From positions 1,184,001 to 1,248,000 of the forward strand of contig CAVXKA010000001.1 in NCBI GenBank assembly GCA_963762255.1: a DNA stretch of 64,000 bases, written 5' to 3'. A model generated the notes under the pieces. The model worked only from the letters and a program-made list of their open reading frames with translations, searched no databases and was not told where the DNA came from. Shown piece after piece: positions 37,557-47,751 of the stretch (position 1 is the first letter of the stretch; each line of letters begins with the position of its first letter). Origin of the DNA: Candidatus Eiseniibacteriota bacterium (GTDB lineage: Bacteria; Eisenbacteria; RBG-16-71-46; JABDJR01). Position numbers and translations under genes: made by a program.

Positions 37557-38831
37557 GTGCCGGCAGTCGGGGACAAAGCACGTCGGATAGCCGCCGCCGC
37601 GGCCGTGCTCTTCCTGCTGACCTTTGCGATTCGCTACTACCACACCTTCCACCGGCCTCACGACTACGACCGGGTACCTGTGGCGGTGGACAACTGGGCG
37701 GCTATCGCGCAGTCCCTGGTCGAGGGTCATGGCTACGCCGTGCGATCCAACCTCACCGGCGAGATGATCCCGGTGGCCTACCGACCCCCGCTCTATCCGC
37801 TCTTCCTCGCCGGAGTGTTCCGTGTCGCCGGCGTTTCCGAGCACGCGGGTCTCCTGGCCGGCCTCGCGCTGGATGGGCTGGTGGCTGTGGTTATTCTCCT
37901 CGTGGGGTGGCTCGCCTCGGGACGGATCTGGACCGGGATCCTGGCAGGCCTCTTCTACACCTTCCACTTTCCGGAATGGAACGACGTGGTCCGGCTGCTT
38001 GGCACCCCCATCTACACGCTTCTGGTCGGCGTGCTCCTGCTCGTTCTCTGGGGAACACTCGTACGCCCCTCCGCGCGCCGGTTCGCCGCCACCGGGCTTG
38101 TTACCGGGCTGATCGGACTTGCCCGCCCCACCGGGCCCTTCATACTGCTCGTGGTTCTCGCGTGGCTCTGGTTCGCGATCCCCGTCAGTCGCGGACAGCG
38201 GCTCCGATGGCTGGGGGGGACGCTGCTGTGTTTCCTCCTGGTTCTGTCGCCGTGGGTGGTGCGCAACTACGCCGTCTTCGGGAAGCTCGTGCTCTCCGAC
38301 ACCAACGGGGGGATCAACCTCTACTTGAGCACCCTGGGGGCCACGCCCTACCAGCCCCGTAGCGTCTACCCGGCCGAGTTGCAGGCGCGCCTGGCTAACG
38401 TCAACGAGTTTGAAGCGGATCGCATCCAGCGGGAGGAGGCCATCCGCAACATCCTTGCCGATCCGGCGTCGTATGCACGGCTGTGCGCTAAGCGTCTTAT
38501 CATGTTCTTCTTCCGCCTGCGCTCCCCCGAGTCGGACTGGATACCCACGCCGAAGTCGGTCCTCATGGGAGGCCCCTTCTATCTGCTGGCGTTCCTCGGG
38601 TGGTGGCGGACGAAGGGACGGCAGCGGACGTTCGCCACCTTCCTTGCGTTGTTCGTGCTCTACACCGCTCTCCTGCATGTGCCGATCATGGCGCAGCCTC
38701 GGCTCTTCTTTCCCGTGCTCCCCTGTCTCGCACCTCTGGCCGCGATGGGGGTTCAGGTCCTCCTGCGTTTTTTCCGCCGCCCCGCGAACGACGGCTCGGG
38801 CTTGAGGTTGAGTCTCACCGGTTCCTGCTGA
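37557..38831 (+). CDS. GT-C (ArnT/PMT-like) membrane glycosyltransferase
   Basis: YRPPLYPLFLA, multiple TMs, PWVVRNY. Confidence 0.75.
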   Translation: MPAVGDKARRIAAAAAVLFLLTFAIRYYHTFHRPHDYDRVPVAVDNWAAIAQSLVEGHGYAVRSNLTGEMIPVAYRPPLYPLFLAGVFRVAGVSEHAGLLAGLALDGLVAVVILLVGWLASGRIWTGILAGLFYTFHFPEWNDVVRLLGTPIYTLLVGVLLLVLWGTLVRPSARRFAATGLVTGLIGLARPTGPFILLVVLAWLWFAIPVSRGQRLRWLGGTLLCFLLVLSPWVVRNYAVFGKLVLSDTNGGINLYLSTLGATPYQPRSVYPAELQARLANVNEFEADRIQREEAIRNILADPASYARLCAKRLIMFFFRLRSPESDWIPTPKSVLMGGPFYLLAFLGWWRTKGRQRTFATFLALFVLYTALLHVPIMAQPRLFFPVLPCLAPLAAMGVQVLLRFFRRPANDGSGLRLSLTGSC

Positions 38832-38871
38832 CGATCGAATCGCCCGATTCCCTCTGCACCGTTTCCCCCGG

Positions 38872-38902
38872 TTATCCACAGGCTTTTCCACCGTGTGGAA
38901 AA
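38872..38902. promoter_or_regulatory. DnaA-box cluster
   Basis: TTATCCACA (38872-80), TTTTCCACC (38884-92), TGTGGAAAA (38894-902). Confidence 0.6.
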
Positions 38903-39070
38903 CCCACAATCCGCACTCCTCGACGACGATGCGCGATCGGCTTCGCACCGTGCGGCAACCGGCGCGCATTCCCCGAAGAAAGGGCGAGGGTTGAGCTGCG
39001 CGTAGCGCGAATCACGGCACTTTGGATGAATTTCTTTGACGCGATTTCGGGCGCGCACTAGGTTGCGAGT

Positions 39071-39315
39071 GAGGGTCGTGGTCGACCTGTCCGACGCCGA
39101 CACTCGGTGGGCAGGACCGGCCGAGACGCACAGCCCTCGTTTGTTTGTGCCGCCTCCCGGTGGCGCAAGATGCCCTCCGCCGGGCGTCCGGTCTTCGGGC
39201 GCTCAGACGCGTGGAGTCGTGAGGCCGTCTCCCTGGCGGTCCGGCTCTCCCACCGCGCGGCGGCGGCGACGAGCCGCCGATCTCAGGTGCCCCCCCACTC
39301 GGGGCACCCCTTTAT
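39071..39315 (+). ncRNA. Candidate structured small RNA of unknown family
   Basis: TTGACG-17-TAGGTT promoter (39036-39064), long 5' hairpin 39071-39138, terminal hairpin 39286-39308. No credible ORF. Confidence 0.4.
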
Positions 39316-39317
39316 GG

Positions 39318-39857
39318 TCAGCGAGGCAGCGCGTCGTCGGGGATGTCTCGCAAGCGCGGGTTGCCGCAATCGCGCGGCGAGAGGATCGGCGAGTCCGTGC
39401 CCCACGGCATCGCGATGTCGGGATCGTCCCACGCAACGCCGTACTCGTCGCTACCGTCGAAGTAGCTGTCGACCACATAGGTGAGAACGGCGTCGGTGAG
39501 AGCCAGGAATCCGTGCGCCACGCCCTCGGGGATGTACACGCCTACCGGGTTGTCCTCGCCGATCTCCATCGTCTCCCTGGCGCGGTAGGTGGGGGAGCCG
39601 CGGCGCAGGTCGAAGAGCCCCACCTGCATGCGGCCGGCGAAAGGGACCCAGTAGTCGATCTGGCGTCGGTGGAAGTGGAGCCCGCGCAGCACGCCGGCCC
39701 GCGAGTCGGATCGGTTGCCCTGCACTTGGCCCCAGGTGCGCTCGGGGAACCACTCGCGGCGGAACGTCTCGAGGAATTGCCCGCGCTCGTCGGAGAAGCT
39801 CTCCAGGTGCACGAACTTCACCCCGACGATGAGACTGGATTCGCGGATTTCCGGCAT
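39318..39857 (-). CDS. rmlC: dTDP-4-dehydrorhamnose 3,5-epimerase
   Basis: DERGQFLETF, GVLRGLHF, DLRRGSPTY, PEGVAHGF, WDDPDI. Confidence 0.93.
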   Translation of the reverse strand: MPEIRESSLIVGVKFVHLESFSDERGQFLETFRREWFPERTWGQVQGNRSDSRAGVLRGLHFHRRQIDYWVPFAGRMQVGLFDLRRGSPTYRARETMEIGEDNPVGVYIPEGVAHGFLALTDAVLTYVVDSYFDGSDEYGVAWDDPDIAMPWGTDSPILSPRDCGNPRLRDIPDDALPR

Positions 39858-39964
39858 CGGATCCTCTGCGCGGCTGGTGCGGCGCCCGACGAAATGGAGG
39901 ATGGATGATTCTTGAACGAGAGAACGGGTAATATATCACACGGTTTCGCGGAAGGAGGCCGGTG

Positions 39965-40282
39965 ATGGGCAGGTGGATCGAGGTCGCTCGCGACGGCGAG
40001 TTGGCCCCGGGCGAATACAAGCTGGTGGAGGCGGGGGACTTGGAACTCGCGCTCTTCAACGTCGACGGCGGCTACTGTTGCATCGAGGACCTGTGTACCC
40101 ACGACGGCGGGAACCTCGTCGAGGGGGATTTCGACGGCCGTGTGGTGACCTGCCCGCGGCACGGCGCGAAGTTCGACGTGTGCACCGGCGAGGCGCTATG
40201 CCTACCCGCGGTCGCTTCCACCCCCGCGCACGCGGTGCGGGTGCGGGACGGCGCGGTCGAAGTGGAAGTGGAGGACGAATGA
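39965..40282 (+). CDS. Rieske-type ferredoxin
   Basis: CTH...CPRH motif. Confidence 0.92.
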   Translation: MGRWIEVARDGELAPGEYKLVEAGDLELALFNVDGGYCCIEDLCTHDGGNLVEGDFDGRVVTCPRHGAKFDVCTGEALCLPAVASTPAHAVRVRDGAVEVEVEDE

Positions 40283-41175
40283 TCGCGGGACGCAAGACGC
40301 GCCAGGTCGCGCTGCTCAAGGTGCTGGCTGCCGCCTCGTGGGCGGACGGCCGGCTCGACAACGAGGAGATGAACCGCATCAAGGAGCTCATCCTCGCCTA
40401 CGGGCTGGACGCGGCGGATGTGCGCGATGTGTACGCGCTGCTCGACGCCCCGGTCTCCTATTCGCGCTGCGAGGAACTCACCCGCGAACTCCTGAGCATG
40501 CTGGCCACGCGCGGCGAGCGCGAGGAGGTGCTGCGCGAGATCGAGACCCTCTTCCGCGCCGACACGGACTTGGCTGAAGGGGAGCGCGAGATGCTCGCCG
40601 GGCTTCGCGGGATCATGGATGCCATGGACTCCGTCGACCATTTCGTCTCGCGGATCGGCGGCGTGTTCAAGCGCGTGTTCGCCGCGCGCGACGCGAGCCG
40701 GGATCCCGGCCAGCTCACGAAGTATCTGAAGAACTCCGTGCTGCAGCGTCTGCACGACGTGTCGGGCGGCGACTGGCACACCGAGGCCGACGCCGCGACG
40801 CTGAACCGCTACACGCTCTTCGGCGCCGTACTGGGGAAGGTAGCCGACGTGGAGGGCGGCATCAGCGAGGTCGAGGTCGCACGCATTCGGGCGCTCCTCG
40901 AGGAGCGGTTCTCGATCCACGCGCCGCTTCTGGACTGGGTCGTGCAGTCGGTGCGCGAGGCGGCCTCCGCGCGGATGGACCGACAGGGTCTATTGAGCGA
41001 GTTCAACCGCATCGCGGACATGGATGCGCGGATGGAACTCCTGGACGCCGCATTTGCGGTGGCCGCCGTCGACGGGACCGTGAGCGCGGCGGAGCTGGAG
41101 GAGCTGCGGTTGCTCGCCAATTTTCTCTGGATCGACCCGCGCGACTACAACCGCGTCCGTCAACGCTGGGCCTAA
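40279..41175 (+). CDS. Tandem TerB-like domain protein
   Basis: Two ADG/VDG..E helical repeats. ATGA overlap with the ferredoxin. Confidence 0.75.
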   Translation: MIAGRKTRQVALLKVLAAASWADGRLDNEEMNRIKELILAYGLDAADVRDVYALLDAPVSYSRCEELTRELLSMLATRGEREEVLREIETLFRADTDLAEGEREMLAGLRGIMDAMDSVDHFVSRIGGVFKRVFAARDASRDPGQLTKYLKNSVLQRLHDVSGGDWHTEADAATLNRYTLFGAVLGKVADVEGGISEVEVARIRALLEERFSIHAPLLDWVVQSVREAASARMDRQGLLSEFNRIADMDARMELLDAAFAVAAVDGTVSAAELEELRLLANFLWIDPRDYNRVRQRWA

Positions 41176-41248
41176 CGGGCGCGCACGCCGCTTCGCGTCT
41201 CGCCCGTCGTCCTGTGTCGCTGGCGCACGAGAACGGGCGCGCGGTGCA

Positions 41249-41324
41249 GCGGGTCGCAGGTCGGCCGCAGTCCGAAGGGCCGCGAAGCGGGGGCCCCTTC
41301 GGCGAGGACGACCTGCGACCCGCG
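41249..41324. repeat. 76-bp REP-like hairpin repeat, copy A
   Basis: Inverted near-identical copy at 60268-60343; 15-bp terminal inverted arms. Confidence 0.85.
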
Positions 41325-41346
41325 GAACAACGCGCGCGGTCCGTCC

Positions 41347-41931
41347 TCAATCCACGAACGCCCAGACCTCCACGCGGCGGTCCATCGCCTGCTGCCCCGG
41401 CTCGTAGTCGAGCGCTTTCGCATACTTGGTGCCCATCCCCATCGTGGAGATGCGCGCGGCGTCGACTCCCTGCGACTGGAGGAACTTCGCGACGGCTTCG
41501 GCACGCGCCTGCCCCACCGAGGCCGATTCACCGCGATTGTCGGCGAACCCCGCCGCCAGCACGTGCCAACGCGTGTTCGTCTTCAGTTCCGTGGCCGCTG
41601 CCATCAGCGCTCCCTGTCCCTCGGCATCGATCGAGGCGGAGCCCGATGCGAAGGTGAGATTCTTGAGGAGTTGGTGGGCCTTCAGGCCGGCGGGCACCGC
41701 CGGCGACTCCTCGTAGGTCCACTCGCGCACCGGCGGCGCCGGCGGCGGGATGGTCGCCGGTGTGTCGTGAGTGCGTACGATCTCCCCTCCGCCCGCCGTC
41801 GACCCGCCCTGCATGGACGAGCAACCGGCGACCAGGGCGACCGCGAACAGCGCCGCCGTTGAGAACACAGCTACGATCAATCGCCGGCTTCGAATCTCTC
41901 TCGCGCCTTGTAAGGTGATATTGCGGATCAT
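41347..41931 (-). CDS. OmpA/MotB-like peptidoglycan-binding lipoprotein
   Basis: VAGC lipobox, FASGSA, GFAD, RAEAV, DRRVE. Confidence 0.82.
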   Translation of the reverse strand: MIRNITLQGAREIRSRRLIVAVFSTAALFAVALVAGCSSMQGGSTAGGGEIVRTHDTPATIPPPAPPVREWTYEESPAVPAGLKAHQLLKNLTFASGSASIDAEGQGALMAAATELKTNTRWHVLAAGFADNRGESASVGQARAEAVAKFLQSQGVDAARISTMGMGTKYAKALDYEPGQQAMDRRVEVWAFVD

Positions 41932-41971
41932 AGAATCAACTCTCCTTTCACCAGTCACCCCGTGAGCGGCC

Positions 41972-43396
41972 ATGGACGTCGATTCCAAACGTGTTACTGC
42001 GCTCCACAGCGCAGACCCGAACCCCCGAGGCGACTTTGTATTGTATTGGATGCAAATCGAACGTCGGGCAGAAGCTAATGATGCGCTCGATTTCGCGGTG
42101 GAGCAAGCCGATTGCCTGAATCTGCCGGTGCTGGTCTACGAGGGGCTTCGACACGACTATCCCCATGCCTCCGATCGGATCCACACCTTCCTGCTGGAGA
42201 ATGCCCGCAGCTTGCGGAAGCGCTTGAACGCGAAGGGCATAGGTCACGCGTTCTACCTGGAGCGGGGTGCCGCCGACCGCGCCCCGATCGTGCGCGAGTT
42301 GGTGGGCCGCGCCGCGCTCCTGGTGACCGACGACTACCCGGCCTTCATCATCCCCGGACACAACCGCGCCCTGGCCCGCCTGGCGGGGGACGCGCGCGTG
42401 CCCGCCTACGCGGTCGATTCGCGCGGAGTGGTGCCGCTCGCCGAGTTCCCTCGCCGCGAGTATGCCGCCCGCACGATCCGTCCCAAGCTTCACCGGCTGC
42501 TGCCGTACTATCTGACGCCTCGCGACGATCCGCGGCCGCGCCGCAACGGCGTGCGTGTCGATCCCGGATTCCGCGCCGAGACCTGGCGCGAGCCGATTGC
42601 AGCCAAGGTCGCCTCGTGCGACATCGACCACCGCGTGCCGCCGGTGTCCCATCGATTCGCGGGCGGGCGCGACGCCGCGCTCGAGAAGCTCCGGCGGTTT
42701 CTGGATCGCGGCCTCGACCGCTACGATGACGAGAGCAACGATCCCGCCCGCGGTGCGACCTCGGAGTTGAGCCCTTATCTGCACTTCGGGATGATCGGTG
42801 CCCGCGAGGTGGCGCTCACCGTGCGCGGCGCTCGCCCCGGCGCGGATCGGAACGTCGCCGCGTTCCTCGAGCAGCTCATCGTGCGGCGCGAGCTGGCGCT
42901 CAACTTCTGCGCGCGCGAACCCCGTCACACGTCGCTCAGGGCGCTCCCTGACTGGGCGCAGCGAACCCTGGGCGCCCACGACGACGACCCGCGCGAGGCG
43001 GTCTACACCCGGGCGCAGTTCGAGAATGCCCGGACTCACGACGAACTATGGAACGCCTGCCAGGACGAGCTTCGCCTGACCGGCGTCATCCATAACTACG
43101 TACGCATGCTCTGGGGCAAGAAGATCCTGGAATGGTCGCGGAGCCACGCCGAGGCGCTCCGCATCATGACCCACCTCAACGACAAGTACGCCCTGGACGG
43201 TCGGGATCCGAACTCCACGGCGAGCATCCTGTGGTGCTTCGGGCTGCACGATCGTCCATGGGGTGAGCGGCCGGTCTACGGCACCGTGCGCAGCATGTCC
43301 TCGGTGAACACCCGCCGCAAGATCGATGCCGCGGCCTACCTCGCCGCGATCGATGCTCTGCGTCGCCGCCGCGATTCCGCCGATGAAGGGGCCTGA
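41972..43396 (+). CDS. Deoxyribodipyrimidine photolyase (class II-like)
   Basis: VLYWMQ, SELSPYLHFG, HNYVRMLWGKK, DGRDPN. Confidence 0.92.
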   Translation: MDVDSKRVTALHSADPNPRGDFVLYWMQIERRAEANDALDFAVEQADCLNLPVLVYEGLRHDYPHASDRIHTFLLENARSLRKRLNAKGIGHAFYLERGAADRAPIVRELVGRAALLVTDDYPAFIIPGHNRALARLAGDARVPAYAVDSRGVVPLAEFPRREYAARTIRPKLHRLLPYYLTPRDDPRPRRNGVRVDPGFRAETWREPIAAKVASCDIDHRVPPVSHRFAGGRDAALEKLRRFLDRGLDRYDDESNDPARGATSELSPYLHFGMIGAREVALTVRGARPGADRNVAAFLEQLIVRRELALNFCAREPRHTSLRALPDWAQRTLGAHDDDPREAVYTRAQFENARTHDELWNACQDELRLTGVIHNYVRMLWGKKILEWSRSHAEALRIMTHLNDKYALDGRDPNSTASILWCFGLHDRPWGERPVYGTVRSMSSVNTRRKIDAAAYLAAIDALRRRRDSADEGA

Positions 43397-43397
43397 C

Positions 43398-44297
43398 ATG
43401 GAACCGAATGTCTTCAACTGGGACTCCATCCGCACCGCGCTCATCACCCATGGGGTGCGCACGCTCTTCATCGTGGGAGCGTCGCTCCTCGCCTACCGGC
43501 TGGTGAAGTTCGCCGTCCACCGCATGGAGAAAGCGGTGGAGGACGACGACCCCACGACCCGCAGCGAGGCGGAGAAGCGCGCGGAGACCCTGGGCCGCAT
43601 CGTGCGCCAGGTGTCGTTCGTGCTCATCTCGCTCGTGGCCGGCATGCTGATCATGAAGGAGATGGGCTTCGAGATCGGCCCCATCATCGCCGGGGCCGGC
43701 ATCGCCGGCATCGCGGTGGGCTTCGGCGCGCAGAACCTCGTTCGAGACATCATCACCGGCTTCTTCCTGCTCCTGGAGAACCAGATCCGGGTGGGGGACG
43801 TGGTGGAGATCGCAGGGAAATCGGGGCTGGTCGAAGCGGTGAACCTCCGCACCACCGTGCTTCGCGACCTGGAGGGCAACGTCCATATCATCCCCAACGG
43901 CGCGGTGGAGGCGGTCACGAACCGCACGCGCGAGTGGTCACGGTCGGTGCTGGACGTAGGGGTGGCCTACAAGGAGAACGTGGACCGCGTGATGGAGGTG
44001 CTCGCCGAGATCGGCGCCCAGATGCAGGCGGATCCCGAGTGGGGGGGGAAGATCCGCGAGCCGATGAACATCCTCGGCGTCAACGAATTCGGCCCGTCCT
44101 CGGTGAACATCCGCCTCACCTTCACGGTCGTGCCGCTCCAGCAGTGGGCGGTGGGGCGCGAACTGCGGCGGCGGATCAAGAATCGCTTCGATGAGCTGGG
44201 GATCGAGATGCCGTTCCCCCACGTCACCGTCTACATGGGCAAGGGTGAGCAGGGGGTTCTCCAGACAACCCCCCCGGGGCGCCCCATGCTAGACTAG
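43398..44297 (+). CDS. MscS-family mechanosensitive channel
   Basis: GFGAQNLVRD..GFF..ENQIRVGDVV, IPNG. Confidence 0.93.
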   Translation: MEPNVFNWDSIRTALITHGVRTLFIVGASLLAYRLVKFAVHRMEKAVEDDDPTTRSEAEKRAETLGRIVRQVSFVLISLVAGMLIMKEMGFEIGPIIAGAGIAGIAVGFGAQNLVRDIITGFFLLLENQIRVGDVVEIAGKSGLVEAVNLRTTVLRDLEGNVHIIPNGAVEAVTNRTREWSRSVLDVGVAYKENVDRVMEVLAEIGAQMQADPEWGGKIREPMNILGVNEFGPSSVNIRLTFTVVPLQQWAVGRELRRRIKNRFDELGIEMPFPHVTVYMGKGEQGVLQTTPPGRPMLD

Positions 44298-44353
44298 CCA
44301 ACCCCGTCCACAAACGCAGGGCCGCGCCGGCCCCACCCACCGGAGGAAACGCG

Positions 44354-45682
44354 ATGTTCGCCGATCGCCGCCGCAGATTCATGAACCAGATGGGGGAGGG
44401 CGTCGCCCTCTTCTTCGCCGCACCCGAGAAGATCCGCTCCAACGACACCCACTACAAATTTCGCCAGGACAGCACGTTCTACTACCTGACCGGGTTCAAC
44501 GAGCCGGGGTCGGCGATCGTGCTCATTCCCGGCCACCCGGAACACGAGGTCGTGATGTTCGTGCGTCCGCGCGACCGTGAGATGGAGACCTGGAACGGCA
44601 GGCGGGCGGGCCCCGAGGGCGCCAAGGAGCGCTTCGGCGCCCAGGCCTCGTACACCATCGACAAGTTGCCGGAGATGCTCTCCGGCTATCTCGAGAAGAC
44701 CGACCGTTTCTTCTACGGCATCGGCCGGCAGGCCGACCGGGATCTGGAAGTGCTCGGCGTGCTGGAGGGGCTGCGCCAGAAGGTGCGCCTCGGCTTGAAG
44801 GCCCCCTCGCAGATGATCGACCCCGCCGCCACGCTCAACGAGATGCGCTTGCACAAGACGGCGGAGGAGGCCGAGGCCATGCGGCAGGCCTGCCGGATCA
44901 CTTCGGAGGGACACATCGCGGCGATGCAGGCGATGCGGCCGGGGATGTACGAGTATCAGGTGGAGGCGCTCATCGAGCAGGAGTTCCGCTCCCGCGGCGC
45001 GGCGGCGCCGGGCTACGGCACCATCGCCGGCAGCGGCGTCAACGCGACCATTCTCCATTACGTGGAGAACGAGTCCGTCTGCCGCGACGGGGAACTTCTG
45101 CTGGTGGACGCGGGCGCGGAGTACATGGGCTACAGCGGCGACATCACCCGCACGTTCCCGGTCAACGGGAAGTTCACGCCCGCCCAGCGCGCGGTGTACG
45201 AGGTCGTCCTCGACGCGCAGATGAAAGCGATCGAGAAGTGCCGTCCAGGAGTCCGTTTCGTCGACGTCCACGACACCGCCCTGCGGGCGCTCGTGGAAGG
45301 GCTTGTGAAGCTCGGCGTTCTCAAGGGTACGGTGGACGAGATCATCAAGAACGAGACCTACAAGCCGGTCTATATGCATCGCACCAGTCACTGGCTCGGC
45401 CTCGACGTTCACGACGTCGGCGAGTACCGCCGCGGCGACGATTGGCGCCTGCTCGAGCCAGGCATGGTGCTCACCGTCGAACCGGGGCTCTACTTCACCG
45501 AGTGGTGGGAGGACGGCCCGGCCGAGTACCGCGGCATCGGTATTCGCATCGAGGACGATGTTCTGATTACCGAGAAGGGGCACGAGGTGCTAACCTCGGT
45601 GCCCAAGACCGTCGCCGAAGTAGAAGCGCTGATGGTCGGAGCGTCGAAGGAAACGGCGGCATCGGCTCGGACCCGCACTTAG
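44354..45682 (+). CDS. pepP: Xaa-Pro aminopeptidase P
   Basis: FRQDSTFYYLTG, DAGAE..DITRT, HWLGLDVHD, TVEPG, GIRIEDD. Confidence 0.94.
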   Translation: MFADRRRRFMNQMGEGVALFFAAPEKIRSNDTHYKFRQDSTFYYLTGFNEPGSAIVLIPGHPEHEVVMFVRPRDREMETWNGRRAGPEGAKERFGAQASYTIDKLPEMLSGYLEKTDRFFYGIGRQADRDLEVLGVLEGLRQKVRLGLKAPSQMIDPAATLNEMRLHKTAEEAEAMRQACRITSEGHIAAMQAMRPGMYEYQVEALIEQEFRSRGAAAPGYGTIAGSGVNATILHYVENESVCRDGELLLVDAGAEYMGYSGDITRTFPVNGKFTPAQRAVYEVVLDAQMKAIEKCRPGVRFVDVHDTALRALVEGLVKLGVLKGTVDEIIKNETYKPVYMHRTSHWLGLDVHDVGEYRRGDDWRLLEPGMVLTVEPGLYFTEWWEDGPAEYRGIGIRIEDDVLITEKGHEVLTSVPKTVAEVEALMVGASKETAASARTRT

Positions 45683-45702
45683 CGATAGAGAAGGAGATAC
45701 TT

Positions 45703-46107
45703 ATGGACCGCCTCCGGATGATGATTACCGCGTTGCTGCTCGTGCTTCCTCTCGCCGCGGGATGCGCGCAGAAGAAGACCGAGACCGCCTCCAACCAGAC
45801 CCCGCCCGCCGAGCAGCCGGCGGCGATGGAAGTGGCCGGACAGTCGACTCCTCCCGCGGACATGGTGCTGACGGCGATGACCCTGGAGGGGAAGGTCGGT
45901 TGCGGTCACTGCACCTACCACACGACCAACGCATGCGCGTTGGCGATGCAGACGGAGGACGGCAAGGTCTACGTCATCGAATCCGCTCCGGACTACGACC
46001 AGTACTTCGGCGACCGGTTCTCCGGGAAGGGCATCAGCGTGACCGGGAAGGTCGGCGAGAAGGACGGTCAATGGGTCGTCTATGCCGAGCAAGTGAAACT
46101 CGATTAG
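45703..46107 (+). CDS. Small Cys-containing lipoprotein
   Basis: AAGC lipobox, GCGHC..C motif, AAGGAG RBS. Confidence 0.7.
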   Translation: MDRLRMMITALLLVLPLAAGCAQKKTETASNQTPPAEQPAAMEVAGQSTPPADMVLTAMTLEGKVGCGHCTYHTTNACALAMQTEDGKVYVIESAPDYDQYFGDRFSGKGISVTGKVGEKDGQWVVYAEQVKLD

Positions 46108-46116
46108 GATCTGCGG

Positions 46117-46743
46117 ATGAACGCTGCACGCCCCCGTCGTCGATCCGCGGCGGGGGCGCTTTTCTTGGCCCTGCTCTCCTTGGCGGCCCTCCCGGCGGCG
46201 GGGCAGAGCCTCGGTGAGGTCGTCGGTCAGGCGGCGGGAACGAGCGTTGTGCCTGACTCGGTTCGCGTCGCCCCTCACTCTCCGCCGGCCCCGTGGCCCG
46301 TGGTGACGGGACAGGTGGTCGTAGGGACGGCGCTGGCGGCCGCGGCGGGATTCGGCGCGGGAACTCTCGCCGAGACCTTCTGCGATGGCTGCGACGGGGG
46401 AGAACCCGGTGGGGACACCGCAGGAATGGTCGTGGGGGTGCCGCTGGGAGCCCTGCTCGGTACATGGTTCGTCGGCACGCTCTCCCCTCCGAGCGGCCGC
46501 TTCGCCGACACCGTCTTCGGTGCGCTCGCCGGAACCGCGGTGTTCGCGGGCTACGCTCAGATCCTGGAGGGTCAATCCGACGGCATGCGGTGGGCGGGAG
46601 TGATCTTCCCGGCCGCGCTCGCGGCGATGGGATGGAACCGCAGCCGGCCCATCGTCCAGCCGCAAGCAGCGATCCACGAAAGCCTGGACCCCGAGATGCG
46701 GGCGCTGACCGCCGAGATTCTGGTGTTCAGGCTGAGCTTCTAA
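46117..46743 (+). CDS. Hypothetical membrane protein
   Basis: Signal peptide plus Gly/Ala-rich TM segments. Confidence 0.6.
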   Translation: MNAARPRRRSAAGALFLALLSLAALPAAGQSLGEVVGQAAGTSVVPDSVRVAPHSPPAPWPVVTGQVVVGTALAAAAGFGAGTLAETFCDGCDGGEPGGDTAGMVVGVPLGALLGTWFVGTLSPPSGRFADTVFGALAGTAVFAGYAQILEGQSDGMRWAGVIFPAALAAMGWNRSRPIVQPQAAIHESLDPEMRALTAEILVFRLSF

Positions 46744-46758
46744 GCCGGGAGCGCGACC

Positions 46759-47442
46759 CTAGTTCTGACGTGTCTTGAGCTGATCCTGCACCTTCAGCAG
46801 GTTCTGCTTCGGATCCCACGGATTGTAGCCGGCACCCTCGCCGAAGTCCGCCCATCCCAGATTCTCGATCTTGATGTTGTCGAGCCGTTGGGGTGCGTTC
46901 ACGTTGTTGAGCCCGCACGCGGATACGCGGGCCAGGCCGTCCGCTGGACGCGGAATGAGTTTGAACCGGTCCACCGAGTTTGCGGTGACGGTGAAGTAGC
47001 CAACGACGAGGGGAATCGTGCGCTGACAGTTCTCGAGTTGGTGCCAGGTGAGGAGGTTGCCGGTGTTGGCGCTAGGCCACCCGTCCATCGGCCACTCATA
47101 AAGCGTGCAGTGCTGCCAGGCCAGGATGTCCAATCCGCTCTGCTCGGCATTGTCGAAGGAGATGCCGAACTGAACGCCACTGATACCGTCTTCCATGCTG
47201 AAGTCGGTGATGAGGACGTAGGCGATGTATTCCTGGTCGAGATCCCCGCGGGTGACCACCTCCGCGGCGGTTTCGATCCCGGGAGTGGTGCAGGTGAGCT
47301 TCTTGCCCTTCTTGGTCGGAACCAGATGGAGCAATAGCTTGGCGTTCTGGCTGGGTCCGGCCGTCACCGGCCCGGAGGGAACGCCGAGGGCCCCAGCGAG
47401 AACCAACGCGGCGAGGAGCAGACGAGCGCGGCGCATCAGCAT
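46759..47442 (-). CDS. Hypothetical exported protein
   Basis: Signal peptide, GGAGG RBS, high GC3 codon usage. Confidence 0.65.
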   Translation of the reverse strand: MLMRRARLLLAALVLAGALGVPSGPVTAGPSQNAKLLLHLVPTKKGKKLTCTTPGIETAAEVVTRGDLDQEYIAYVLITDFSMEDGISGVQFGISFDNAEQSGLDILAWQHCTLYEWPMDGWPSANTGNLLTWHQLENCQRTIPLVVGYFTVTANSVDRFKLIPRPADGLARVSACGLNNVNAPQRLDNIKIENLGWADFGEGAGYNPWDPKQNLLKVQDQLKTRQN

Positions 47443-47751
47443 GGTTGGACCTCCAGGGAGCATCGACCCTCGCCTCCCCACATTTCGTTTGAGAGAACAA
47501 GGGTAGCAAGTATAGGGTTCCTGGAAACTCGGGTCAACGAAGCGCGCCCGATCTGCGGGTGAATTGGGGCCGGAGAGACAATGGCGAAGGAAATGCGAAG
47601 AGCCGTCCGCGTTCTCCAGTCGGAAACACGAGACGGCCCTTTCTCGACCTACGCAGGACGCGAACAAGCCCGCGCGCGCGTCAAGATCGCGACGCGTCCT
47701 ACCAGGACGATTCGCCCTCTCACCGGATCGGCCAGGAATCCGTCGGACCGG

